A stretch of DNA of 64,000 nt from the IMG/VR virus record IMGVR_UViG_3300043642_000037, positions 92,127 through 156,126 of that record; one strand, 5' to 3'. The position numbers and the translations under genes were made by a program. Below, piece after piece: positions 19,202 through 27,436 of this stretch. This stretch comes from a virus (taxonomy: Duplodnaviria > Caudoviricetes). Position 1 is the stretch's first letter. Every line of letters starts with the position of its first letter. The notes below the pieces were generated by a model. The model did no database searches. It worked only from the letters and a program-made list of their open reading frames with translations, and was not told where the DNA came from.

Positions 19202-20470
19202 ATGTCCAAGCCCCAGAGCAGTTACCACATCGAGGAAACCGCGGCCACCCAACTCGGAATCGACACCGTCACGCCTCGTGTGCTCGAGAGGATGATCGGC
19301 GTGATCGGCGATCAGAATCTGGTCCTCACCGTGATGGGCCAGTCCGGCATCGGCAAGACCGCCATCCCCAAGCAGATCGCCCAGCTGCGCGACGTCCCGT
19401 ACGCGCAGATCCACATGCCGACGGCGTCGCCCGAGAGCTTCCAGCTGCCGACCCTGCCGAAGGACGGGTCCCCGTTCTTCGATCAGAAAATCCCCAGGAC
19501 GTTCCAGGAGCTGCTCGCCTACGTCGAGGAGGAGTCGAAGAAGCACCCGGGCGGCAGGATCCCGGCTAGCCGCAAGGCAGTGCTGGTCATCGAGGAGCTG
19601 AACCGCGCCCCCGACAAGAGCACCACGCGCTCGGCTTTCGTGCTCATCGGGGACCGGATGATCGGCGACGCTCGGATTCCCGACGGCATCCAGATCATCG
19701 CGACGATGAATCCCTCGGGACAGGGGTTCAGCGTCAACGAGTACGAGAAGGACCCGGCGATGCGGCGGCGCACCATGATGGTCTACCTCGCGGCCGACTA
19801 CGCCGACTTCATGGCGTACGCCGAGCGCGTCGAGTTCCACGACGAGGTCATCGGGTACCTGCGGGCCCACGTCAGCCACTTCTACGACGAGACCGCGGCC
19901 CGCGCCGGGAAGGTGTTCGCCTGCCCGGCCACGTGGGAGTCGGTGTCCCGCGTGTGCTTCGCGTTGACGGCAGCCAAGGAGTCCCTCACCGGCGCGGTGG
20001 CGCGGGCGGCGTACGCCGGCATCATCGGCACGGCGACCACGCAGACGTTCTGCGAGTACGTCAAGGACCGGACGACCACGGTGGCGCCCGACGACGTCCT
20101 GTACCGCTACGGGCAGGTGAGGGCCCGGGTGCAGAAGCTCATCAAGGACGAGCGGCTGGACCGGATCACGGATCTCGTCGCGGGCCTGGTGGTTCGCGTG
20201 GTGAACCTGCCCGAGGACCGACGGGTGCCCAGTGAGTTCATCGACAGCCTGGCGCTGTTCCTCGGCGACATCCCGGTGGACATCGTGATGTTGTTCATGA
20301 ACGCCGGCGTCGACAACGCCGAGCGCAGCGGCGGCTCCGCGGAGACCTGGTGGCGCCAGGGCATCAACCTCGCCCTCGTCAGCAACCCGAACTACGCCAA
20401 GATGATTCGGGCGTATAAGCTGGCGAGCACCAAGGCCGACAAGGAGGCCAGGGAGACGGGCGTCAAGTAA
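19202..20470 (+). CDS. MoxR-like AAA+ ATPase
   Basis: GQSGIGKT, VIEELNRA, ATMNP, DPAMRRR, CPATWE. Confidence 0.85.
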   Translation: MSKPQSSYHIEETAATQLGIDTVTPRVLERMIGVIGDQNLVLTVMGQSGIGKTAIPKQIAQLRDVPYAQIHMPTASPESFQLPTLPKDGSPFFDQKIPRTFQELLAYVEEESKKHPGGRIPASRKAVLVIEELNRAPDKSTTRSAFVLIGDRMIGDARIPDGIQIIATMNPSGQGFSVNEYEKDPAMRRRTMMVYLAADYADFMAYAERVEFHDEVIGYLRAHVSHFYDETAARAGKVFACPATWESVSRVCFALTAAKESLTGAVARAAYAGIIGTATTQTFCEYVKDRTTTVAPDDVLYRYGQVRARVQKLIKDERLDRITDLVAGLVVRVVNLPEDRRVPSEFIDSLALFLGDIPVDIVMLFMNAGVDNAERSGGSAETWWRQGINLALVSNPNYAKMIRAYKLASTKADKEARETGVK

Positions 20471-21113
20471 GCCGGGCAAGCTCGGCCTCCGCCGCGGCCC
20501 TGCGCGACCGCACGTGAAGCTCGACGGCGGCCAGGCGCGCGATCTGGACGTCGACCGGGTTCTCCTGGAGCGGCAGGTCCGCGAGTCGGCCCTTGTCGAT
20601 CCCGGACCAGCGCTGCCGGACGTCGTCGAGCAGGCCGGACCTCGACCGTCTGGCGTCCAGCGCGTCCTGCGCGAACGACAGCTGCTCCGGCGCGAGCACG
20701 AACCCAGCGCGATCGAGGACGACGGCGACGTACGCGATCGGCTCGTGCTCGGGTCGCAGCGCCTCGAGGTCGTGGCGACGGCGAAGCCACGCGGCCTCGA
20801 CCACGGCCCACGCCAGCGCGGCTGGCGGCGCCTCCTCGAGAATCTCGACGTGCACCGATCGACCGTCGAAGGCGACCGCGGTGTTGGCCAGCACCACGGC
20901 GTCCCAGTAGAAGGCGGGAACCAGGCGCAGCGAGATCGCGGCCATCAGCCGGTCCCGGGTCTCCGATGGGACAACCACGCCCTGGTGCTCCAGCTCGACC
21001 CACACGGTCTCGGGCTCCCACGCGATGTGATCGCCGAGCACGATCTCTGCCGCCCGGCACAAGGCGACCGCGGAGGTGGTTCTGCCCGCGAGCAGGTCCT
21101 TGGCAGGCGTCAT
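20463..21113 (-). CDS. hypothetical protein, probably morphogenesis-associated
   Basis: WEPETVWVEL motif; ATGA-coupled to 21110..22111; upstream of terL on the same strand. Confidence 0.65.
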   Translation of the reverse strand: MTPAKDLLAGRTTSAVALCRAAEIVLGDHIAWEPETVWVELEHQGVVVPSETRDRLMAAISLRLVPAFYWDAVVLANTAVAFDGRSVHVEILEEAPPAALAWAVVEAAWLRRRHDLEALRPEHEPIAYVAVVLDRAGFVLAPEQLSFAQDALDARRSRSGLLDDVRQRWSGIDKGRLADLPLQENPVDVQIARLAAVELHVRSRRAAAEAELARLT

Positions 21114-22111
21114 GCTCCCATGCAGGACACAAGAACGCGCTGCATGTCAACGGGAAGCGTGCCGAGCACGGCGGCCAGCTTCTCGACATCAATCTGACCG
21201 CTGCGGTCGGTGGCCTCTCGAGCGATGTCCGGTCCCAGCGCGTCCTCGTAGAAGCTGGTGGGGTAGGCCGCCATGCGCTCCATCGAGATGAACCGCCCGG
21301 CGAGCGTCACGCCCGGCCCGGCGACCTTCGTCGTGTTGAACACCGAGGCGTGCGGGTCGGGCAGCCGGCGACCCCACAGGCGATCAAGGCCGGCAAGCTG
21401 ATCCAGCTCCTCGATCGCCGAGGCCAACCGGGCCTGGACCCCGCGGTCGCGAAGCTCGTTGGGCAGCCGGCGAACCTCCGCGGCGAGCTTGTCGTAGCCC
21501 CCGCGGAAGGCGTCGGAGGTCGCCTGGCTGCGCGCCTCCAGCCAGTCGGCGAGAACCGGCGTCGACGTCGCCACCAGGCCGGCCATCTTTCGGACCTCGT
21601 CGCTGACACGCACGCCGAAGAACGCGGCCTTCTCGACGAGCCGAGCGCCCGCGAGCACCCGGTGTCCCGGGGACAGTCGGTCACCCTCCTGCACCAGGCG
21701 ATCGGCCGCCGTCTTGACGTGGCCGGCCTCGGTCACGCGGAGGCGCTTGATGTCGGGCAGGAGGTAGTCGGAGGCGTCGTCCGCGCGCGCGGCGGCGGCC
21801 ACCTTGGCGCGGGCGAAGGTTCCCTCGTCGACGCCGTAGACCTCGAGGGCCTCCTTGATGGTCGCGTCGACGTGCGCGGGCACGCGGCTGACGACGCCCA
21901 CGCGGTACGCCTGCGAGAGTGTGGCGTGCTCTCGCGAGTGCACGGGGAAGGCCCGCTTCTCCGGCCACGCAAAGGCGTCGTCTGGCAGGGTGTCAAGCTC
22001 GGAGACGTCGACGTCGAAGCGCATCACGGCCGCGGCCAGCTTCGGTCGCTCGGCAGCTATCTTCGCGAGTGTCCCCAGGACCGGATCGTGAAATTGGTCG
22101 ATCACCATCAC
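21110..22111 (-). CDS. hypothetical protein, probably virion/head-associated
   Basis: Internal duplicated motif DDAFAWPEKRAFPVHSREH / SDYLLPDIKRLRVTEAGH. Confidence 0.65.
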   Translation of the reverse strand: MMVIDQFHDPVLGTLAKIAAERPKLAAAVMRFDVDVSELDTLPDDAFAWPEKRAFPVHSREHATLSQAYRVGVVSRVPAHVDATIKEALEVYGVDEGTFARAKVAAAARADDASDYLLPDIKRLRVTEAGHVKTAADRLVQEGDRLSPGHRVLAGARLVEKAAFFGVRVSDEVRKMAGLVATSTPVLADWLEARSQATSDAFRGGYDKLAAEVRRLPNELRDRGVQARLASAIEELDQLAGLDRLWGRRLPDPHASVFNTTKVAGPGVTLAGRFISMERMAAYPTSFYEDALGPDIAREATDRSGQIDVEKLAAVLGTLPVDMQRVLVSCMGA

Positions 22112-22134
22112 CCATAAGTATAGGACAGGACACC

Positions 22135-23529
22135 ATGAAATTGAACGTATCAGAGTTCGTCGTTCACCTGCTGAAGAAGCGGGGGTTCTACGGGCGCCTT
22201 GCCGGCTCGCTGAGCCGCGTGTCTCGCCCGGGCCTCGGCGCGCTCGCGGTCGGGGTCCGCGGCGGGCGGCTCTCGCTGTTCTACGACCCCGAGTACGTCG
22301 AGGCGATCGACATGGCCGCCGCGATGTACATGATCGAGCACGAGCTGTTGCACCTGGCGCTGGACCACGTGCCCCGGTACATCGAGCTGCTGTCCCGGTA
22401 CACGGACGACGATCGGGACAAGGCCGACTTCGTCATGGGGATCGCGGCCGACCTGGCCGTGAACTCGCTCCTGCGGAACAACCCCAACCGAGGAGCCGCG
22501 ATCGCGTTCCAGAGGAAGTGGATCCTCGACCATCTCGAGCCCGGGCAGGTCATGGACGGCAAGGAGGGCCTCCACATGCCCGAGCACTTCGGCATGCCCA
22601 ACGACCTGTCCTTCGAGGACTACGTCGAGCGGCTGATGAAGATGGTCGACATCGTCAAGATTCCGCTCACCGATCACAGCCTGTGGGACGGCGATCCGAC
22701 GGAGAGCGAGGACGGGGACGATAAGGGCCCGGGCAAGGACGGGGACGAGACGGGCAAGGGTCGGTTATCCGAGTCGAGGGTGGGCCTGGCTCACCATCTT
22801 CGCGACCAGATCAAGCCGCTGCTCCGCCAGGCGCTCGCGGCGGACGGGGGCAAGAATCGCGGCCTGCTGCCGGGGTCGGTCGAGGAGTTCCTGATCAGCT
22901 ACCTGGCCGAGCCCGTTGTGCCGTGGTGGGAGGTGTTCGCGTCGCGCGCCAAGGCCACGAAGCTCGCCAAGGCTCGCAGGTCGGTGTCGGTGCCCAACCG
23001 AGCCCTTCTGGCGCTTTCGGAGCAGGACGACGCGATCATCGCGTCCCCGGGGCGCACGAAGGACCGGAGCTGGAAGGTCGTGTTCGCGCGGGACACCTCG
23101 GGATCGGTGCCGTCGGAGGAGGCCCGGATCGCGATCAACGAGCTGCACCACATGCTGAGGGTGGACGAGGCCATGGAGATTCGCTCGATCGACTTCGACG
23201 CGGCCGTGCATCGAGACCTCCTGCTGAGGCCAGGCGACAAGATTCCGACCAACATCATGGGGCGAGGCGGCACGGACTTCGACGCGCCGTTCGAGCACCT
23301 GCTGCAGTACTACGGCAACGAGTCCACCGAGCCCGACATCATCATCGTTCACACCGACGGGTACGCCCCGCCGGTGTCCGAGGAGAATCGACCCCCATCC
23401 CACATCCCCGTCATCTGGCTGGTGACCCCACAGCACGCGTCGAACTTCGACGGCCTGGGGGAGACCATCGTGTGCGATCCCGCGCACCGAAGCCTTCATC
23501 CCGAGCCCGAGATCTTCAGCGACAACTGA
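22135..23529 (+). CDS. Putative metallopeptidase + vWA domain protein (DUF2201-type), MoxR partner
   Basis: HELLH (HExxH), ADLAVN, MIDAS DTSGS, GRGGTDF, TDG. ATG at 22135 follows AGGA. Confidence 0.88.
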   Translation: MKLNVSEFVVHLLKKRGFYGRLAGSLSRVSRPGLGALAVGVRGGRLSLFYDPEYVEAIDMAAAMYMIEHELLHLALDHVPRYIELLSRYTDDDRDKADFVMGIAADLAVNSLLRNNPNRGAAIAFQRKWILDHLEPGQVMDGKEGLHMPEHFGMPNDLSFEDYVERLMKMVDIVKIPLTDHSLWDGDPTESEDGDDKGPGKDGDETGKGRLSESRVGLAHHLRDQIKPLLRQALAADGGKNRGLLPGSVEEFLISYLAEPVVPWWEVFASRAKATKLAKARRSVSVPNRALLALSEQDDAIIASPGRTKDRSWKVVFARDTSGSVPSEEARIAINELHHMLRVDEAMEIRSIDFDAAVHRDLLLRPGDKIPTNIMGRGGTDFDAPFEHLLQYYGNESTEPDIIIVHTDGYAPPVSEENRPPSHIPVIWLVTPQHASNFDGLGETIVCDPAHRSLHPEPEIFSDN

Positions 23530-23548
23530 CGTTACGAGGAGACCGTCG

Positions 23549-23719
23549 ATGATTGGACCTGACTCTGATTCCCGCGACGTATCAATCGCGTTTCTGATGT
23601 GGGAGCTAGTGAAGGCTCAGCGTGAGATCCGTGAGTTGAGGACCGACGTCAAGGACTACAAATCGGACAACGCCAGGATCGCCGCGCAGTGGGATCGGCT
23701 CCGCAAACAACACCCCTGA
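23549..23719 (+). CDS. small coiled-coil hypothetical protein (56 aa)
   Basis: Not in the track. GAGGAG RBS; MIGPDSDSRDVSIAFLMWELVKAQREIRELR... Confidence 0.55.
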   Translation: MIGPDSDSRDVSIAFLMWELVKAQREIRELRTDVKDYKSDNARIAAQWDRLRKQHP

Positions 23720-23747
23720 CAAGCCAACACTAAACCCAGGAAACTTC

Positions 23748-24941
23748 ATGTACCACCACGACAAGCGCGCGTACGGCGTCGCCCTCAAGGACGCCGAGGC
23801 GCATCTCCAGCAGCAGATCGCTCTCAAGTCGGCGTCCGCTGTAAACGTCATCACTCGAGTTCGCGACACGGTGCTCGTTGACCGAGTCGTCCCGACCAAG
23901 AAGGTCCAGTTCTCGTTCCGCACCGACGTGGTCAAGGCGAAGACGAAGACCGAGACCGACGGCGACCGCAAGGTTCACCGCGTGATCATGGGCACGAAGG
24001 GTCGCGGCGAGAGCGCGTTCTCCGCGCCGCTGCACAAGCACGCTCTCGAGCAGGCCGCGTCCCGCGTGGACATCCCCGTCACGTTCGTCAACCGGTTCCT
24101 CGGCGAGGAGTACGGCGGCGAGTTGATCACGGACGCCCTCAACACCGTGTACAAACACCGGGGCGAGGAGAAGTTCTTGGTTCGGTCCAGCGACGAGGAG
24201 ATCCGCGGCGTCCTGTCGGACACGTACCGGCGCATGGACAGCGGCCCCATCCTCGACGCGTTCGCCAGGACGTGCAACGACATCGGCGCAGTGCCCATCG
24301 AGGGCATTGGCGGCGAGCTTCGCTTCAGCGTCAAGGCGCTGATCCCCAAGACCTACGTGATCGGCAAGCAGCAGGGCAACGAGGAGATCTTCGCCTTCGG
24401 CGTGTCCCTCAGCAACAGCGACTTCGGCTGCGGCGCGCTGTCGTTGCAGTTCTTCCTGTGGCGGATCTGGTGCAGCAACACCGCGACGCGGGAGGACAGC
24501 CTGCGCAAGGTTCACCTCGGAAAGAGGCTTGCGGAGAACATCGAGTACGCCCAGGAGACGTACGCCGCGGACACCAACGCGATGGCGCTGATGGTGCGCG
24601 ACCACGTCCGCGGGATCCTGTCGCCCCCGAAGATCGACGAGGCGGTCGCGACGCTCGAGGTCGCGATGGAGACCTCGGTCGACCCGAAGAAGTTCTTCGA
24701 CAAGGATGGAGAGCTTGCGAAGCTCAAGCTGACCCGCGCGGAGATCGACGCGACTCGCGAGACCTTCAACAACGGCGACGTCACGGTCCTGCCGCGCGGA
24801 ACGAGCGTCGCCCGCATGTCGCAGGCCGTGGCGTGGATGGCCCAGTCAGCAACGCCCGAGCGGCGGCTGGAGCTGGAGCGCGTGGCCGGGGCCATCATGG
24901 AGCCCAAGACGACCAAGCCCGAGCCGGCGGCCGCGGCATGA
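23748..24941 (+). CDS. DUF932-like protein
   Basis: RGVLSDTYRRMD, SNSDFGCGAL, RIWCSN, RKVHLG. Confidence 0.7.
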   Translation: MYHHDKRAYGVALKDAEAHLQQQIALKSASAVNVITRVRDTVLVDRVVPTKKVQFSFRTDVVKAKTKTETDGDRKVHRVIMGTKGRGESAFSAPLHKHALEQAASRVDIPVTFVNRFLGEEYGGELITDALNTVYKHRGEEKFLVRSSDEEIRGVLSDTYRRMDSGPILDAFARTCNDIGAVPIEGIGGELRFSVKALIPKTYVIGKQQGNEEIFAFGVSLSNSDFGCGALSLQFFLWRIWCSNTATREDSLRKVHLGKRLAENIEYAQETYAADTNAMALMVRDHVRGILSPPKIDEAVATLEVAMETSVDPKKFFDKDGELAKLKLTRAEIDATRETFNNGDVTVLPRGTSVARMSQAVAWMAQSATPERRLELERVAGAIMEPKTTKPEPAAAA

Positions 24942-25024
24942 CCATAACAATCTGGGCCGCGATTGCTTTTGGTTGTTCAGTCGTACTCGTCTTAATAACC
25001 AAAGCTTATCGCCTGAAGGATTAG
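24938..25024 (+). CDS. 28-aa single-TM peptide
   Basis: ATGA overlap; MTITIWAAIAFGCSVVLVLITKAYRLKD. Confidence 0.4.
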   Translation: MTITIWAAIAFGCSVVLVLITKAYRLKD

Positions 25025-25029
25025 GTACC

Positions 25030-25266
25030 GTGCACCCCAAACATCGCACCGTAACAATCGAGGGCGATGGCCGGCTCGTCGTCGTCGATCCACTGCGCGT
25101 CGATCTTATCCGCGAGGGCCTGACGGCGCTGGGATGGTTCATCCTGAATCGATCTCCGCTCGCGTTCCTTCGACCCCGAGAGCGCACGCTGTTCTGCAGC
25201 GTGCCGCTGACGAGGCACCTGCCCGATGCGCTTCTACTAACCGAGGTCCTGGGACAGCTGCCGTAA
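25030..25266 (+). CDS. hypothetical protein
   Basis: GTG start after AAGGA; part of track ORF 24973..25266. Confidence 0.5.
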   Translation: MHPKHRTVTIEGDGRLVVVDPLRVDLIREGLTALGWFILNRSPLAFLRPRERTLFCSVPLTRHLPDALLLTEVLGQLP

Positions 25267-25362
25267 ACGGTGGTACGTATGAAGCCTGAGGTCACCACAG
25301 CCTAGTCGTCTATGCTAGGTTAACCTTGCCACGGGGGAGCGTCTTTCGCGGGGCTTCTTCGG

Positions 25363-25398
25363 AGGCAGAACGGTCTGACAACCGTTCGGCCTTTTTTT
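25363..25398 (+). terminator. Intrinsic terminator
   Basis: AGGC-A-GAACGGT ctgaca ACCGTTC-G-GCCT followed by a T-tract, between convergent genes. Confidence 0.7.
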
Positions 25399-25402
25399 GG
25401 CC

Positions 25403-26392
25403 TCAAGGCTCGGTGTCGTCGACGAACGGGATCGAGTGCTTGTCGAAGTCCGGACACACGGCGAGCACGGCCGACAGCGCCGCGGTCTCGATCGCGATCG
25501 CGGTCGTCAGCGCCTGCGATTTCGAGATCTGGTCGATCGTGGTCGTGGTGATCGCGGCGGACGCGGTGACCGCCTCGCCCTGCCGAGCGCTCTGGTAGGT
25601 GGTGACCAGGGCGAGCAGCGTGCCGGCGTCCGCGCCGAACGCGACGGCACTCGCGCCCTGCGACGCGGCGAGCGTCAGCGCGGCCTGGAACGCCGCGATT
25701 CCGGTGCCCGAGGGGTTCGCGCCGGCGAACGTCGTTCCCGCCGCCTGCAGCGTCGAAAGGAATCCCGTGACCTGCGACATCTCGGTCTGGTTGATGACCG
25801 CGCCCGACGCGATCGGCGCGATCCCGGTGACGAGGCCCTGCTTGTACGTCGAGTCCGCCTGCGCCGCGGCGAGCGCGGTGTCCGCGGCGGTCTTCGCGAG
25901 CTGCTTCTGATAGCGATCCTGCTTGGCCACCTTGTACGCGTTGATCAGCGTCGTTCGCGGCGAGGTGTCGGCCGTCGGAAACGTGTAGACCGCGGGCGTC
26001 GGGCTGGGCGCGTTGAACCGCGTGCGAAACGCCTGCCAGTCAACGACCAGCTTGTTGACGCGGTCGCGAAACGCCTGCGCCGCGTCCAGCCCCGTCTCCA
26101 GCGTGTCGTACGAGGCGATCCATGAGGATGACAGAAACTGAATGCCATCGGGGCCCGGTGCCGCGATGCCCACGTCCCTTCCGATGGGCACGCGGGTCAG
26201 GTCGGCCAGGGTGGCCACGCGCGCCAGGGTGTCCTGCTTGGGGTCCAAGACGTCGACGACGTTCACCAGGAACACGCTGAGGTGGGGAAGCTCGGCCGGG
26301 ATCGCGGCCGCCTTCATCTCGTTCTCGATTACGAACGCCTGGTCCCCGCCGGCGATCAGCTCGACGTGCCGCGTCTGGTCGAACGTCGCCAT
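25403..26392 (-). CDS. hypothetical protein, Ala/Thr-rich helical C-terminus (probable virion protein)
   Basis: Codon usage; coupled to the upstream gene. Confidence 0.65.
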   Translation of the reverse strand: MATFDQTRHVELIAGGDQAFVIENEMKAAAIPAELPHLSVFLVNVVDVLDPKQDTLARVATLADLTRVPIGRDVGIAAPGPDGIQFLSSSWIASYDTLETGLDAAQAFRDRVNKLVVDWQAFRTRFNAPSPTPAVYTFPTADTSPRTTLINAYKVAKQDRYQKQLAKTAADTALAAAQADSTYKQGLVTGIAPIASGAVINQTEMSQVTGFLSTLQAAGTTFAGANPSGTGIAAFQAALTLAASQGASAVAFGADAGTLLALVTTYQSARQGEAVTASAAITTTTIDQISKSQALTTAIAIETAALSAVLAVCPDFDKHSIPFVDDTEP

Positions 26393-26775
26393 CAGCCGAC
26401 CTCGATGTCGACGGTCTTGTCGATCACCGCGGCGGCGCCCCGCTGCGACACCTCTCGCGCCAGCCCGCGCAGGCGCGCCTCGGTCATCGCAAGATCATCT
26501 TGCATCAGACCCAAGGTCGGCCACTTTCGAGTAAGGCTGTCCTGCCGATAGAAGGGCAGGCGCTCCACGACCGCCAGTTCCAGCGACGTCGGAACGGTGG
26601 CCAGGTCCGCGGGCGTGGCGTAATGGTCGAACCCCTTGGTGTCGGTTCGGTAGACGAACACCTCACGTTCGATGCCGCGAGCGGCCTCGACGACGTTGGT
26701 GGCCTGGTACGACGCCCCGTTGTCGTTCTGCGTCACCGAGGTCGTCTGATGAAGCGTTAGGGACACGGCCGACAT
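26392..26775 (-). CDS. hypothetical protein, likely paralogue of the N-terminal domain of 25403..26392
   Basis: ATG at 26775 follows GGAGG; shared ATxADLxxVP motif. Confidence 0.65.
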   Translation of the reverse strand: MSAVSLTLHQTTSVTQNDNGASYQATNVVEAARGIEREVFVYRTDTKGFDHYATPADLATVPTSLELAVVERLPFYRQDSLTRKWPTLGLMQDDLAMTEARLRGLAREVSQRGAAAVIDKTVDIEVG

Positions 26776-26855
26776 GGTCCTCCAATCAAACAAAACGTTC
26801 GATTCAATTGCGTCGATCTCCGAGCGATAGTAGCGTGGGAATCCGTCACGGCGCC

Positions 26856-27422
26856 ATGCCATCGTACCTCGGGATCGACGCCTCGCTGGAAGGAACCGGG
26901 CTCTGCCTGGTGTCCGCCGTCGGGCTCGTCCTGCGGTCCGAGACGGTGCTCCCTTGCGGACTTCGGGACATGGCGCGCCTCGCCATGATCAAAGCGGCCA
27001 CGACCACGTTCGTGGATGGTCTGGATGTCGCCTACACCGCGATCGAAGGCTACGCCTTTGGTGCGGTCAACCAGGCGTTCTCCTTGGGCGAGGTCGGCGG
27101 AGTGCTCCGCCTGCTGGTGCACGAGCTGGGCATCCCCCGCGTCGACGTGCCGCCGGTCAACCTGAAGAAGTGGGCCACGGGACGCGTCGAGGCCGACAAG
27201 GGCGAGATGATCGCCGCGGCGATCGCCGACGGCGCGTGTCCCGGCGACCACAACCAGGCAGACGCCTACTTCCTGGCTCAGATCGCACTCGCGCTGTCCG
27301 ACGACAGCCCCGAGACCCGGCCTCGACAGAGGTCCAAGCTCGAGGTTCTCCGCAGCATCACAAGCCCGCCACGGAAGAAGACGAGGGCTCGTCCTCGTCG
27401 CCTCGTGAAAAACCCCGTCTGA
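26856..27422 (+). CDS. ruvC: RuvC-like Holliday junction resolvase
   Basis: YLGIDASLEGTG, IEGYAF, LKKWATG..ADKGEM, HNQADA. Confidence 0.88.
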   Translation: MPSYLGIDASLEGTGLCLVSAVGLVLRSETVLPCGLRDMARLAMIKAATTTFVDGLDVAYTAIEGYAFGAVNQAFSLGEVGGVLRLLVHELGIPRVDVPPVNLKKWATGRVEADKGEMIAAAIADGACPGDHNQADAYFLAQIALALSDDSPETRPRQRSKLEVLRSITSPPRKKTRARPRRLVKNPV

Positions 27423-27436
27423 AGGAGACCGAGCCG

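Noticed and set aside
25330-25400. tRNA-like element
   Set aside because: No T-arm TTCGA in the right position, no acceptor stem or CCA; the main stem fits a terminator. I recognised no tRNA or rRNA elsewhere by eye.
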